A stretch of DNA of 64,000 nt from Tubulanus polymorphus (taxonomy: Eukaryota; Animalia; Nemertea): contig NC_134032.1 of assembly GCF_964204645.1 (NCBI RefSeq), forward strand, positions 7,428,275 to 7,492,274. Direction: 5' to 3'. Position 1 is the stretch's first letter. Each line of letters starts with the position of its first letter. This document shows, in pieces, positions 52,057 through 62,513 of this stretch. A program made the position numbers and the translations under genes. The notes beneath the pieces are model-generated. The model worked only from the letters and a program-made list of their open reading frames with translations, was not told the DNA's origin and made no database searches.

Positions 52057-52287
52057 ATGAATGTAGTAATGGAACCAGAACAACCACAAATTATCAATAT
52101 TACAAATAACACTGGTGTTATAAATATATACTACAAGAAGTGTTCTAAATGTGAATTAGATAAATCATTAACAGAATTTAGTAAGCGTAAGATTAGCAAA
52201 GATGGTTTTCAATATTGCTGTAAAACTTGTTTTAAACTATATACCAAACAATATCGAGAAGATAATATAGAACATTATAATTATTAA
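52057..52287 (+). CDS. Zinc-ribbon N-terminal half of an NCLDV-type HNH endonuclease
   Basis: KKCSKCELDKSLTEF...CCKTC; in frame with the next ORF across a single TAA. Confidence 0.65.
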   Translation: MNVVMEPEQPQIINITNNTGVINIYYKKCSKCELDKSLTEFSKRKISKDGFQYCCKTCFKLYTKQYREDNIEHYNY

Positions 52288-52743
52288 ATGGCAGAATATA
52301 TGAGAGAAAGATATCAAACAGATCTTAATTTTAGATTGAAACAATGCTTAAGATCTAGATTAACACAATTATTCAACAAAGAAACACATTCAGAAACATT
52401 ATCTAATTTGTTGGGTTGTTCAGATGAATTTTTCAAATCATGGATTATATTTCAATTCGATGATAAAATGAATATAGATAATTATGGGGATTATTACCAT
52501 ATTGATCACGTGTTACCAATATCTAAATTTAACATGAATGATGAATACAATAAAAAACTTATTTGGGGTTGGAAAAATTTAAGGCCTTTAGAAAAGAAGG
52601 AAAACATAATTAAATCTAATAAACTAGATTTACAGTTATATTTAGAACAGTTAACAAAGGCAAAGAAATTTATTGATCAATGGAACAATAATCCAAATAA
52701 TGAACAATACGTTGAGGAATTTGATATCAAGGATCCGAAATGA
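52288..52743 (+). CDS. HNH endonuclease domain (NCLDV/phage type)
   Basis: RLKQCLRSRL..LLGCS..NYGDYYHIDHVLPISKF..WKNLRPLEKKENIIKSNK. Confidence 0.8.
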   Translation: MAEYMRERYQTDLNFRLKQCLRSRLTQLFNKETHSETLSNLLGCSDEFFKSWIIFQFDDKMNIDNYGDYYHIDHVLPISKFNMNDEYNKKLIWGWKNLRPLEKKENIIKSNKLDLQLYLEQLTKAKKFIDQWNNNPNNEQYVEEFDIKDPK

Positions 52744-53046
52744 CTTATCTGGACAGTTATAACTACTGCTCCTAATAGATAAACAAAAGTAGTGAGATAT
52801 CAAATAGATTTTAAATAAAAAGTATTTAAAAAACAATAACTTCAACCAGCTTGTGAATTCTATTATATTTTTAATATTTTCTTTTCAAAAAAGAATACTT
52901 TATATCACAAATAAAAAATACTTAAAAAAACAATAACTAATACTAAAATTCTTTACCTTTAACTAAGCTAGTATTAATCTAAAGAGATACTGGTATCATT
53001 TGAAGAATACTTATAATATTTTTTTTGCTTTTTTCCTCTAATATAA

Positions 53047-53649
53047 ATGTCAAAGAAATCTAATAAGAATAGTATTGATATTGAAAAAACATTAGATGAT
53101 TTGGGTATAATTGATAATAAAGATACAGTTGTAACTAATTGTGCTCAAGTTAATTGTAATATTGATTATGAATACTATTTATATTGTAAGCATCATCTAG
53201 AACTATTGATTGCCGGTGGAAAAACTAAAGAGTTTTTAACTAAGACTATTACTTTTCAAGAATTAGATGTTATGAAACCAGATAAAGTAATAAAATATTT
53301 TAAGATTTATGAAAAGGCAAGATTAGCTAAAATAAATGATTCTATTTCAGATGGTATTGTCAAATGTTATTCAAAATTATGTAACCAGTTAATACCAATT
53401 AATGATGAAAATAAATTATATAGTGATTTGAAAAATGACTACTTAGTTATGACTGAATTACAAAAATGGGTTGGATATGCTTCATTTCAATTAGGATCGG
53501 TTATGACATTAATTTCTACTGGCGTCATAACATTTTCGAACATCAAGCCTATGGAATATAAATCAGGTAAGAACGAAACAGATGTACTACAACCAAACGT
53601 CGAAACAGAAAATGAATCAGAAGAAAAATTAACTAAAATAAATGAGTGA
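53047..53649 (+). CDS. Polinton hypothetical protein with a hydrophobic segment near the C-terminus
   Basis: 200-aa ORF, TAAATG start, hydrophobic stretch LGSVMTLISTGVITF. Confidence 0.75.
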   Translation: MSKKSNKNSIDIEKTLDDLGIIDNKDTVVTNCAQVNCNIDYEYYLYCKHHLELLIAGGKTKEFLTKTITFQELDVMKPDKVIKYFKIYEKARLAKINDSISDGIVKCYSKLCNQLIPINDENKLYSDLKNDYLVMTELQKWVGYASFQLGSVMTLISTGVITFSNIKPMEYKSGKNETDVLQPNVETENESEEKLTKINE

Positions 53650-54031
53650 TGGCGTTAAGAAAAAGGTTAGATCTGAAAAACAAATTAAATGGGCAAGATA
53701 TTTAGGTAAAAGATCTTCAGAATTAAAAAAAGCTAAGAAAAAGAAATTAACTGATATAAATGAATCACCTGATATTGATTCAAATAATAATCCATCTGAT
53801 TCTTCTAATGCTGGAAGTAATTATAAATTATATATTACAATTGGATTAGTAACAGTTATTATATTATCCGGTGTAATATATAAATCAAAATTCAAATCTA
53901 ATGATAGAGATGATTCCAATGACAATCGGAAACTTAGTTATCCGTGTACAGACAGTAAACCTATCATACCAGAAAATAAGTCAAATCATAAAGCCATTGA
54001 AACTAAATCTAAATTATTATTAATGGATTAA
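53642..54031 (+). CDS. Polinton single-pass membrane protein with basic N-terminus
   Basis: TM segment LYITIGLVTVIILSGVIY; TAAATG start; 8-nt overlap with the previous ORF. Confidence 0.75.
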   Translation: MSDGVKKKVRSEKQIKWARYLGKRSSELKKAKKKKLTDINESPDIDSNNNPSDSSNAGSNYKLYITIGLVTVIILSGVIYKSKFKSNDRDDSNDNRKLSYPCTDSKPIIPENKSNHKAIETKSKLLLMD

Positions 54032-54037
54032 AATAAG

Positions 54038-55129
54038 ATGAAAAAAGAACAATATTTAAGAGATTTATATTATAACCCAGAAAGTGAAGTATCATATTCT
54101 AACGTTTCAGAATTATGGAATAAAATTAAATCTGATAAAGAAAATGGTGGTATAAAATATAGTGAATTGAAATCATGGTTACAAAATCAACCAACATATC
54201 AAATCCACAAGAAAATGGATAAAACTTATTTAACAAGAAAAGTTATGGTTTCATATATCGATCAACAATGGCAAGCAGATTTAATTGACATGAAGAACTT
54301 AGAGGAATACAACAAAGGATATTTCTGGATACTGAATGTTATAGATATATTCAGTCGATACGCATGGTCAATTCCAATCAAAAATAAAACTGGAATAGAA
54401 GTTACAAATGCTTTTAAATCAATATTTAAAGAAGCTATTCCAGATAAGATACAATTTGATGAAGGTAAGGAATTTTATAACAAACATTTTAAAAAACTAT
54501 TATCTGATAACGATGTAGACTATTTTTCAACACACTCAGATAAAAAAGCATCTATTATAGAAAGATTTAATAAAACATTGAAAACTAGAATGTGGAAATA
54601 CTTTACTGCTAATGAAACATATAAATATATCGATGTGTTAGATGATTTAGTGAAAGGTTATAATAATTCTAAACATAGTTCTATAAATATGAAACCTATA
54701 CAAGCTAGAAAAGAAGATAATCCGGAAATAGTTTGGAATAATTTATATGGAGCGTTTGTTACACATGATTTCGGTGAACCTAGATTCAAAATTGGACAAC
54801 ACGTAAGAATATCTAAATATAGAAAAACCTTTTATAAAGGTTATACTCCAAATTTTACTGAAGAAATATTTAAAATTAAAAAGATAATATTAACTAAACC
54901 TTTTGTTTATAAATTAGAAGATCTAAAAGATGAAGAAATATTAGGTTATTTCTATGAACAAGAATTATCACTTGTACCAAATCCAGATGAAATAGAATAC
55001 AAAATAGAAAAAGTATTGAAAACAAAAACTCTTAAAGGAAAAAAGTATTCTTTGGTGAAATATAAAGGATACGATGATAAATTTAATGAATGGATTTTAT
55101 CTAGTAAAATTAAAAGAATATATGAATAA
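54038..55129 (+). CDS. Retroviral-like (rve) integrase with C-terminal chromodomain
   Basis: DDE motifs WQADLIDM, IQFDEGKEF, IERFNKTLK; YNNSKHSSI.MKP; chromodomain YKIEKVLK..LVKYKGYDDKFNEWI. Confidence 0.96.
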   Translation: MKKEQYLRDLYYNPESEVSYSNVSELWNKIKSDKENGGIKYSELKSWLQNQPTYQIHKKMDKTYLTRKVMVSYIDQQWQADLIDMKNLEEYNKGYFWILNVIDIFSRYAWSIPIKNKTGIEVTNAFKSIFKEAIPDKIQFDEGKEFYNKHFKKLLSDNDVDYFSTHSDKKASIIERFNKTLKTRMWKYFTANETYKYIDVLDDLVKGYNNSKHSSINMKPIQARKEDNPEIVWNNLYGAFVTHDFGEPRFKIGQHVRISKYRKTFYKGYTPNFTEEIFKIKKIILTKPFVYKLEDLKDEEILGYFYEQELSLVPNPDEIEYKIEKVLKTKTLKGKKYSLVKYKGYDDKFNEWILSSKIKRIYE

Positions 55130-55733
55130 AGATTTATTTATATTTGAACCGCATAATATGTTAGTTACTGGAGTAACCAATTGTGGTAAAACACATTTCA
55201 TATTAGACTTGTTAGAAACTATTTATAAGAATCATTTTGATAATATAATATTATTCTGTCCTACTTATGAAATGAATAAAACATATAATAGAGATATAGT
55301 TAAGATGAAAAAGTTTATTATATTAAATCCTAAAACAGTAAAAGAAAATTTAGATAATTGTATAAAAATAGCAATTGATACTTATAAAGGATCAAATACA
55401 TTATTCATTATAGATGATTGCGCAAATTTACATGATTCAAAAGTTAGAGAAAGTGAGTTATGTTATCTAGCTTTCTCTGGAAGACATTTTGGGATAACAA
55501 CATGGGTTTTAAATCAAAGATATAATTCAATTGTTAAAGACTTTAGGGATAATATAGGATTTCTAGTTTTATTTTATAACAAAGATAAAAAATCTATGCA
55601 ACAATCATTGGAAGAAAATCAAATTATACCTACTGAATTACATGATGAATATATGAATAAATTAAAGAATAATCAAGGTTCAAAATTATTACTGAGACTA
55701 CAATTTCCCTATGAATATAAATTTATAAAATAA
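55122..55733 (+). CDS. A32/FtsK-like genome-packaging ATPase
   Basis: Walker A GVTNCGKT, Walker B LFIIDD, GRHFGI motif. The start at 55122 (8-nt overlap with the integrase) is preferred over 55074. Confidence 0.93.
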   Translation: MNKDLFIFEPHNMLVTGVTNCGKTHFILDLLETIYKNHFDNIILFCPTYEMNKTYNRDIVKMKKFIILNPKTVKENLDNCIKIAIDTYKGSNTLFIIDDCANLHDSKVRESELCYLAFSGRHFGITTWVLNQRYNSIVKDFRDNIGFLVLFYNKDKKSMQQSLEENQIIPTELHDEYMNKLKNNQGSKLLLRLQFPYEYKFIK

Positions 55734-55740
55734 CTATTTG

Positions 55741-55850
55741 TGTACCTATGTATTAGATACCCTATTAGATACCCTAATACCTGATACCCCATTAGATACC
55801 CTAATACCTGATACCCTAATACCTGATACCCTATTAGATACCTTAAATAC
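55741..55850. repeat. Short tandem repeats (TATTAGATACCC / TAATACCTGATACCC) between the convergent Polinton gene blocks
   Basis: About 8 GATACC-containing units, read directly. Confidence 0.85.
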
Positions 55851-55931
55851 TTAAAACCCCCTTTTTTATTTACTATTATTTTATACAATTTTCAACTAAT
55901 ATTATTATTTGAGTTAAATATAATTAATATC

Positions 55932-56750
55932 TTAATCACTTTCACTATCACTCTCCAATTCACTATCAGGCCCTAACAATTTATTCAAATGCTCTACCGA
56001 ATCTACATCAATAGTTGTTTTATTTTTATATTTTTTCATCCTTTCTACCGCATCATCAATAGTTTCTTCTTTATGTTTCATAGAATCTTTATTATCAATA
56101 TCTGTAACTATATCACCATGTGGGCGCCGTATGGCAGCATTTTCATTATTATCTTTATTAGTGTTTGCTCCTAATATTTCATTTACAGTGTTTGGTTTTA
56201 ATATTTCATTAGCATCGGTTAGATCTAATTCATCTTTATTAGGTGTTGCTAATAATAAATCTTTATATAATTCTTTACCATTTACTTTTTGATTTGAAAC
56301 AAACTTTGTAACATATCTAAATGGGTGTTCTATAAATTCTCTTAAACCAACACGTTCTATAACATTATTTATATGTACCTTTGTATTCATATGTTTATTC
56401 CAATTTGATGGAGCGTTTGAAAATTCACCTTTACAATAATCACAATAATTTCTATTTTTACTAACATTTAATATTATTGCATTATTATATGTAGAAGGTA
56501 TTACATTATTAGATGTAGTAGGTATTACATTATTAGATGTAGAAGGTATTACATTATTATCAATTACATTACTTAAATTATCAACAACTTCACTTTTATT
56601 ATTATCGATTTCTATTAGTTTAGTTTTATAAATTTTGAAAATAGGATCAAATATCAAAGCTATATTACAAGGTATTACATAATATAAACCATCATTATTT
56701 TCATGTGTATCGATGTATGGAATATGTTTATATACTTTACCTCCTTCTAT
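55932..56750 (-). pseudogene. C2H2 zinc-finger protein; start codon apparently mutated ATG>ATA
   Basis: YCDYCKGEF..WNKHMNTKVH finger, NNVIPST repeats and an acidic tail. The frame is open up to TAA-ATA-GAA at 56750, matching the TAAATG context of neighbouring genes. Confidence 0.65.
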
Positions 56751-56782
56751 TTATTATATATATTTATATTAAAGTTAAAATT

Positions 56783-58030
56783 TTAATACATAACACTATC
56801 TAATTGTGAATTTACAATATTTAATTGCGCGTCAGATATAATATAAATGTGCATTTTAAAATTTTTGATTCCTTTATTCTTTGTCATGAATAATTGTATT
56901 CCATCTTTAGTGTTTTGTAATTTTTTTCCAGAACCATGTTATGAATTATCCTCTGTTGTTCTAAAATCTAACCATAATGCATATTTATTGCCGGTATAAT
57001 AATCAATTTGGTTAATGTTACAATTTTCAGATGATTTTACTTTTTCATTCATAAAATGTTTTCTAATTTCTGGCCATTGATCAATCATTCTCATTCCTTG
57101 ACAAAATATTTTATTTGCTATTCCTTCGATAGTTATTTCTACTTTTGTTATTTCAGGATTATAATAATTATCAACATTTATTGCGCCATTAGTATATGTT
57201 GCAATGGTAAAAAATATTAATATACCTTTAATAGATCTTCTTGGGAAGTTAATATTCTCATTAATTATTTCATCATTTGCATTAATAGTTACGGTTTTAA
57301 ATTTATCAATATAATCATATAATAATGAAAATCCTTGATTGTATTGAGTTTGAATTATACTTGAAATATTTTCATCAGTTACTGTATCATATTCTAAACA
57401 TATATTCGATAATTTATAACTCATATCTTTAACAACGCTAGATAATACAATTTCATTTACAGGAGCAAATGTTATTTCGAATATAACGTCTTCTTGAATT
57501 GCGTATTTATATAAAGGTGCATTATTATTTATCAATTCAAGGTCTAATGGAATTTTATATTTGCTTCCATATATACTTTTTATCAATTCATCTACAGCAT
57601 TAGTTAATATTGCGCTATTAGCTTCTGATCTTAACTTATTTTGGTTTTCTGATTGGATGCCTTGAAATATCATATTATTTCTATTTTCTTTAGTTAACCA
57701 TAAATCTTTATAATGCATGAATAAATTATAATCATCTAATGAGAAAACTGTTTCTGGACCAATCTTTATTGTTAACTTTTTAATCAAATATCTTCCAACA
57801 TTATCAACAACATAATTATTATTATTACCGATTACTTTTATATCGGCCGATAAATAAATACTTTTTGGAACATAAAAAGTATTTTTTGTTAATCGAGGGA
57901 TTCTAACGTATAAAGTTTCATCGGGATTAATATTTGAAGGGTTATGAGTAATTATACGATGTGATCTCTCTGCTTTAATAGCATTAGATATTCTAGAAAT
58001 CTTCGAAGGATTGATATAACTCCCACTCAT
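56783..58030 (-). pseudogene. Major capsid protein (double jelly-roll type) with a premature TAA at 56939-56941
   Basis: ITHNPSNINP.ETLYVRIP, LSNICLEYD, NINFPRRSIKGILIFF, YYNPEITKVEITIEG, YALWLDFRTTEDNS*HGSG, then 51 further open codons ending ISDAQLNI..VMY*. Confidence 0.88.
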
Positions 58031-58063
58031 TTATTTAACAAAAAGATTAATTATTTATTTTTA

Positions 58064-58153
58064 ATCATGGTTACTTGATATTTTTTGATATCATGTTTAC
58101 TTGATATCTTTTGATATCATGTTTACTTGATATCTTTTGATATCATATTTACT
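58064..58153. repeat. 26-bp tandem repeat (3+ copies) spanning the stop codon of the 490-aa ORF
   Basis: Unit ATCATGTTTACTTGATATCTTTTGAT. Confidence 0.85.
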
Positions 58154-59595
58154 AAACCAAAAATAATAGCACTTACAACTGTAATTAAAAATAGAATAAT
58201 ATGTTCAGCAGCAAAGTTAATAATGTTTCCTGCAGATTTCAATATAAAACCAACAATTGATGCAATAACACCAGGTAAAGCTGCAGCAGATTTTTTAGAC
58301 AGTTCCCATAAATATTTTGCTAATTTCTTTAAACCATCTTTAACTTTATCTTGTATAGAATTATTACCTGGGGGTTTATCTGGTTTATTGGGAGTAGGAG
58401 TAGATTTTAAAGCATTTGATATAGCTAAACCTATTGTTGTAAATAACATAGTTACAGCTGTTAGAATTGAAAATATTGTTATTCCTTCAAACTTAAATAA
58501 TAATTTTATTCTATCTTTTAGTGATATGTCAGAATTTGGTTTTAGTATTAACTCTTTAACAACAACTTTTAATCTATTAATACAATAATCATATGATTTT
58601 AATAATAATTTCATTTTTTCTTTCTGAAATTCTATGTTATATTCTAAATCATCAATTTCTTTTTCTAAATATGCATTTCTTTTTTTAAATTCAATTTCTT
58701 CAATAACTTTAAATTCTCTATCTAATTTTAATTGTTCTAATTCTTTTCTGGTGTCAAATAATTTATTTTCTAAAGGTTTAATTTTATTATATCTAATATT
58801 TTTTTCGCGCACAATTTTATCGGCTTCATTTCGTATACTTATTATTTCTCTAATTGTTTTTTTAGAAAACATACTTAAAGCTTCTATTTCTTGATCTGTT
58901 GCATCAAGTAATCCATTCGGTAAAAGTTTTTCAGTTTGAATTTCGTTTGATTTAAGTTTACTAGTTTTTGAAGTTTTATTCTGTTCAGAAGTTGTTTCTG
59001 TTTCCGGATTATCTTTGATTGTTTCAAATAATTTATTAATTCTTTGTTTAAATACTCTTTTATTTTGATTTATTTCTTCTTGTGTTACATCTTCTATTTC
59101 ATTACTATTTCCTATTCTCTTAATTCTAGATAGTAATGAGTCAAACTTAAGCAAAGTTGATTTTGCTACTATTTTGTCTTCATTTTTATTAGAAATATTT
59201 ATATAATAATCCGAATCATCTTTCAAATGATAATAATATTCACCATCTAAAAACTTTAATTTTTTTACTAAAAATCTGGCGACTTTATCATTTATATTAC
59301 ATCCAGATCTTTCAAATACATCTTGGAACTTATATATAAATTCTTTATATTCTATATCTTCCTTTGATAAACCTGGAATTTCATTTTCAGGAGGTATTCT
59401 CGATCTAGTTCTTCTATCAAATTCATCTGTTGATGGGACTTTAGAACCACTATCTGCTAAATTAGAATTATATGCTGATTCATCATCATTATCAATATTA
59501 GTTTCATTAAAATCAGGTTGTGGTTCATCATCAATATATCCTTCATTATTATTTCCCATTTCTCCCATTTCATAATCTTCTCCACCTTCTGCCAT
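58123..59595 (-). CDS. Coiled-coil protein with C-terminal hydrophobic/TM helices
   Basis: Acidic N-terminus, long heptad-like region, then ITIFSILTAVTMLFTTIGLAI, AAALPGVIASIVGFIL and IILFLITVVSAIIFGLV. Confidence 0.85.
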   Translation of the reverse strand: MAEGGEDYEMGEMGNNNEGYIDDEPQPDFNETNIDNDDESAYNSNLADSGSKVPSTDEFDRRTRSRIPPENEIPGLSKEDIEYKEFIYKFQDVFERSGCNINDKVARFLVKKLKFLDGEYYYHLKDDSDYYINISNKNEDKIVAKSTLLKFDSLLSRIKRIGNSNEIEDVTQEEINQNKRVFKQRINKLFETIKDNPETETTSEQNKTSKTSKLKSNEIQTEKLLPNGLLDATDQEIEALSMFSKKTIREIISIRNEADKIVREKNIRYNKIKPLENKLFDTRKELEQLKLDREFKVIEEIEFKKRNAYLEKEIDDLEYNIEFQKEKMKLLLKSYDYCINRLKVVVKELILKPNSDISLKDRIKLLFKFEGITIFSILTAVTMLFTTIGLAISNALKSTPTPNKPDKPPGNNSIQDKVKDGLKKLAKYLWELSKKSAAALPGVIASIVGFILKSAGNIINFAAEHIILFLITVVSAIIFGLVNMISKDIK

Positions 59596-59611
59596 TTACA
59601 TAATAAAAAAA

Positions 59612-61000
59612 TTAAAATTTAAAATATAATATTCCTCCTATAACAATTCCTATACAGGTTATAGCTAATTTAGTATTTTCATGGGATTTATTATCATCAT
59701 TTAGTTTAATTATATCATGTTGAATATTATCAGTTTTTATATTTTCTGATGTATTATAATCTTTTATTTTAGAATCATTATTTAATTTAATATTCTTAGT
59801 TTTAGTTTCAGTTGATTGAATGTGTTTTTTATTTTTTTCACCTTCCATTAATTTTGGAGCAGTAATGATCTTTTTATTTATATCATTCAATCCAAATGAA
59901 TTATTTATTGTTGCAGTTTTAATTAGATTATTATAACCAATTATGTTTCCCATCTTTAATACTAAATCATTAGAAATAATTAATAGATTAGGGCCTATAC
60001 AATAATTTAATCTAATATGTGATTTATCTAAATAATTTTGATATCTTATAATGTTTTCTGGAATCGATCTATTTTTATCATTATGTATGGAATCATCAAA
60101 TAATACTTTGAATTGTTTTTGTGTATCGAATGATGTATTCAAATATCCAATTATTGGTGATCTTGTTTCAACTTGCGCACCTAAAATACATATCAAATAA
60201 GTTCTAATAGATTGATTTATTCTTTGTATACCTGATTTTGTAAAACCTTCATTATTTTCTAAAATGAAATAAACCCAACCATTATTGTTTTCTTGTTTTA
60301 AATTATCATAAAATGTCGGTAATTTATTGAAATTTAATGTTTCTAAATCCTTAGTTTCTATTTTACCATAACCTAATTTATGACTATAGATATTATACAA
60401 ACTATTAGATGGTATGGGAAGTGCACAATATTCTGCAATCTTTTTAGGGCAAGGAAGTGATCTTATTGTTCCAATTTTTGTTCTAATATCAGAATTATTT
60501 ATATCTATATTAAATTCATTGCAAATTTTATAAAACTTTGATAAATTAATATTATTATCTAATTCTTTAAAATATCTAGATCCTGGTAAAGCGCACTCTA
60601 ATTCATTTAATATTATTCTGATTTGAAAGTATGTATGAAATCTAAATAAACTTTGAATTAATTTATATTTAGAATTATTCAAATGATCATTCCAACTAAT
60701 TCCACATCCTGTTGTTGCACAATAAACAGCAAAATTTAATTGGTTCTGCCAATACTTCATATTAGATTTTAATAACCATTGTTTTTCATCTTTCAATTTT
60801 TTAAAATTAATTAAATATACATGAAATATATTTTCCATCTTTGCATTAAAATTATTAGTTTCAGTAACATAAATTTCTAAATTAGTTAATGAATCTAAAA
60901 CTTCATTTCTATATGTAATATCTTTATTAAAATCTATTGCTGGAATATTATATTTAATTGATTTATTGTATTGGAAAGCTTTTGGAAAACTATCTGCCAT
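59612..61000 (-). CDS. Polinton hypothetical protein with C-terminal TM anchor
   Basis: 462 aa; YWQNQLNFAVYCATTGCGIS, FRFHTYFQIR, YLICILGAQVETRSPI; terminal LAITCIGIVIGGILYF. Confidence 0.85.
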   Translation of the reverse strand: MADSFPKAFQYNKSIKYNIPAIDFNKDITYRNEVLDSLTNLEIYVTETNNFNAKMENIFHVYLINFKKLKDEKQWLLKSNMKYWQNQLNFAVYCATTGCGISWNDHLNNSKYKLIQSLFRFHTYFQIRIILNELECALPGSRYFKELDNNINLSKFYKICNEFNIDINNSDIRTKIGTIRSLPCPKKIAEYCALPIPSNSLYNIYSHKLGYGKIETKDLETLNFNKLPTFYDNLKQENNNGWVYFILENNEGFTKSGIQRINQSIRTYLICILGAQVETRSPIIGYLNTSFDTQKQFKVLFDDSIHNDKNRSIPENIIRYQNYLDKSHIRLNYCIGPNLLIISNDLVLKMGNIIGYNNLIKTATINNSFGLNDINKKIITAPKLMEGEKNKKHIQSTETKTKNIKLNNDSKIKDYNTSENIKTDNIQHDIIKLNDDNKSHENTKLAITCIGIVIGGILYFKF

Positions 61001-61016
61001 TTATATAATTAAAAAA

Positions 61017-61451
61017 TTAATAATTTATTAATTCTTTTAATAATTTATCTTGTTCTTCAACTGTTATATGACCATTTAAACTTATGATATAATCTAGTGT
61101 GTTCTTTAATTTATTAATTTCTTTTATATTAGTTTTAATTTTTTCTTTATTACTTTTTATATTTAATTTTGAACTTATACCAGTTAAAACACTTCAACTT
61201 AATCCTAACACACCAATTGATATAGCTAAAGGTGTTAATGGGCTGAATATTGCTAAAAATGTTATTACAGAACTAATTGTAACCGAACCACTAATAATCA
61301 CATAATAAATAATTTTACTTTTTAGATATTTTTTCTTTTTAACTTTTAAGTCACTTTCAAATTCTAATATTTGTTTTTCTAAATATATTTTTAATTTAGT
61401 TTTATTTATATCATGAGGAATAATATCAATACTATCAACTTTATCTTCCAT
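61017..61451 (-). pseudogene. Two-TM/coiled-coil protein interrupted by an in-frame TGA at 61194-61196
   Basis: The frame continues *SVLTGISSKLNIK...DKLLKELINY* and fills the gap to the next gene. Confidence 0.75.
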
Positions 61452-61473
61452 TTATTTAGCAAAAAAAAAATTA

Positions 61474-61896
61474 CTAATTAGTAAACTTATAAGCAACAAA
61501 TATAACAATAACAGTTCCACCTAAAATCCATATTATTTCATATTTCTTCTGTTCATTACTTGGGGTATAATAATCTGATAATTTAGGTTTGTATAGATGT
61601 AATTTTTCTTTATTGGTTACCGCGTTATATATACTCATTGCATCATCAACTGATTGAAAATCTCTATGTGAAATCTTCTGATCATATAATTCTTTATTTA
61701 TGTAATCCATATAGTTTTGTCTCTTTTCTCTATTTTCTTCTGCAGCTTTATTGTATTTCTCTAATGCTAAATTATGTCTTCTTTGTTCTCCTAATGAACT
61801 ATTTTTATCAATATGTTTAAATAAATATCCACCTCCAGTAAATGCTAAAGCGTTAACAATTGCCGATCCTATAATAGTTATAATTGCAGAAGCCAT
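61474..61896 (-). CDS. Membrane protein with hydrophobic Gly-rich N-terminus and C-terminal TM
   Basis: MASAIITIIGSAIVNALAFTGGGYLF ... IIWILGGTVIVIFVAY. Confidence 0.85.
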   Translation of the reverse strand: MASAIITIIGSAIVNALAFTGGGYLFKHIDKNSSLGEQRRHNLALEKYNKAAEENREKRQNYMDYINKELYDQKISHRDFQSVDDAMSIYNAVTNKEKLHLYKPKLSDYYTPSNEQKKYEIIWILGGTVIVIFVAYKFTN

Positions 61897-61920
61897 TTAT
61901 TTAGCAAAAAAATTATGCAT

Positions 61921-62142
61921 TTATATGGGAGGAATATATTTTTGTTTTTCCAAATAATCAATAGTTAAATTAGATAAAGTAACTGCTAACGTTAATTTTA
62001 AAATATCATTTATATCAAATCTATCAACATTAACACTTCCCATTTTGAATACTTTTTTTAATACCATTGAATAACCAACAGTTCCAACTGATAGTAATGC
62101 GCCATTATATAATCCAGTTATTATCCACTTATTATCACTCAT
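61921..62142 (-). CDS. Small hydrophobic protein (73 aa)
   Basis: TAAATG start, two hydrophobic segments, fits the tight gene packing. Confidence 0.75.
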   Translation of the reverse strand: MSDNKWIITGLYNGALLSVGTVGYSMVLKKVFKMGSVNVDRFDINDILKLTLAVTLSNLTIDYLEKQKYIPPI

Positions 62143-62218
62143 TTATCTATCAAAAAAATTACTATCATCAAAATATTTAGTTATCTTATTTATGATTAAT
62201 TCAAAATTTATTTCATTA

Positions 62219-62497
62219 CTAGTTTTTTGTATATATTTCAATTATTATTTTTTTAATATCATCGATGATAAAATCTTCATCTAATTCATAAAATCTTAAA
62301 GATTCTCTAATTAAATTAATAATCTTTTCTACATTTAAAGTTTCTTTATCTATTGTTGTTTCATACTCAAATGTTGTTTCATTAGAAAATGCAATATTTT
62401 TGATATGTGTAATTACATCATTAATGTTAAATTTCATTTCTTTCTCACGTTTAAAATCAAACCCAAAACATATACTCGGTCCAACAGTTATATTCAT
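62219..62497 (-). CDS. Polinton hypothetical protein (92 aa)
   Basis: TAAATG start; packed between the mCP gene and the 73-aa gene. Confidence 0.7.
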   Translation of the reverse strand: MNITVGPSICFGFDFKREKEMKFNINDVITHIKNIAFSNETTFEYETTIDKETLNVEKIINLIRESLRFYELDEDFIIDDIKKIIIEIYTKN

Positions 62498-62513
62498 TTA
62501 TATAGGTGAAAAA

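Noticed and set aside
58127-58894. Plus-strand ORFs of 153 and 86 aa
   Set aside because: Antisense shadows of the 490-aa Polinton gene.
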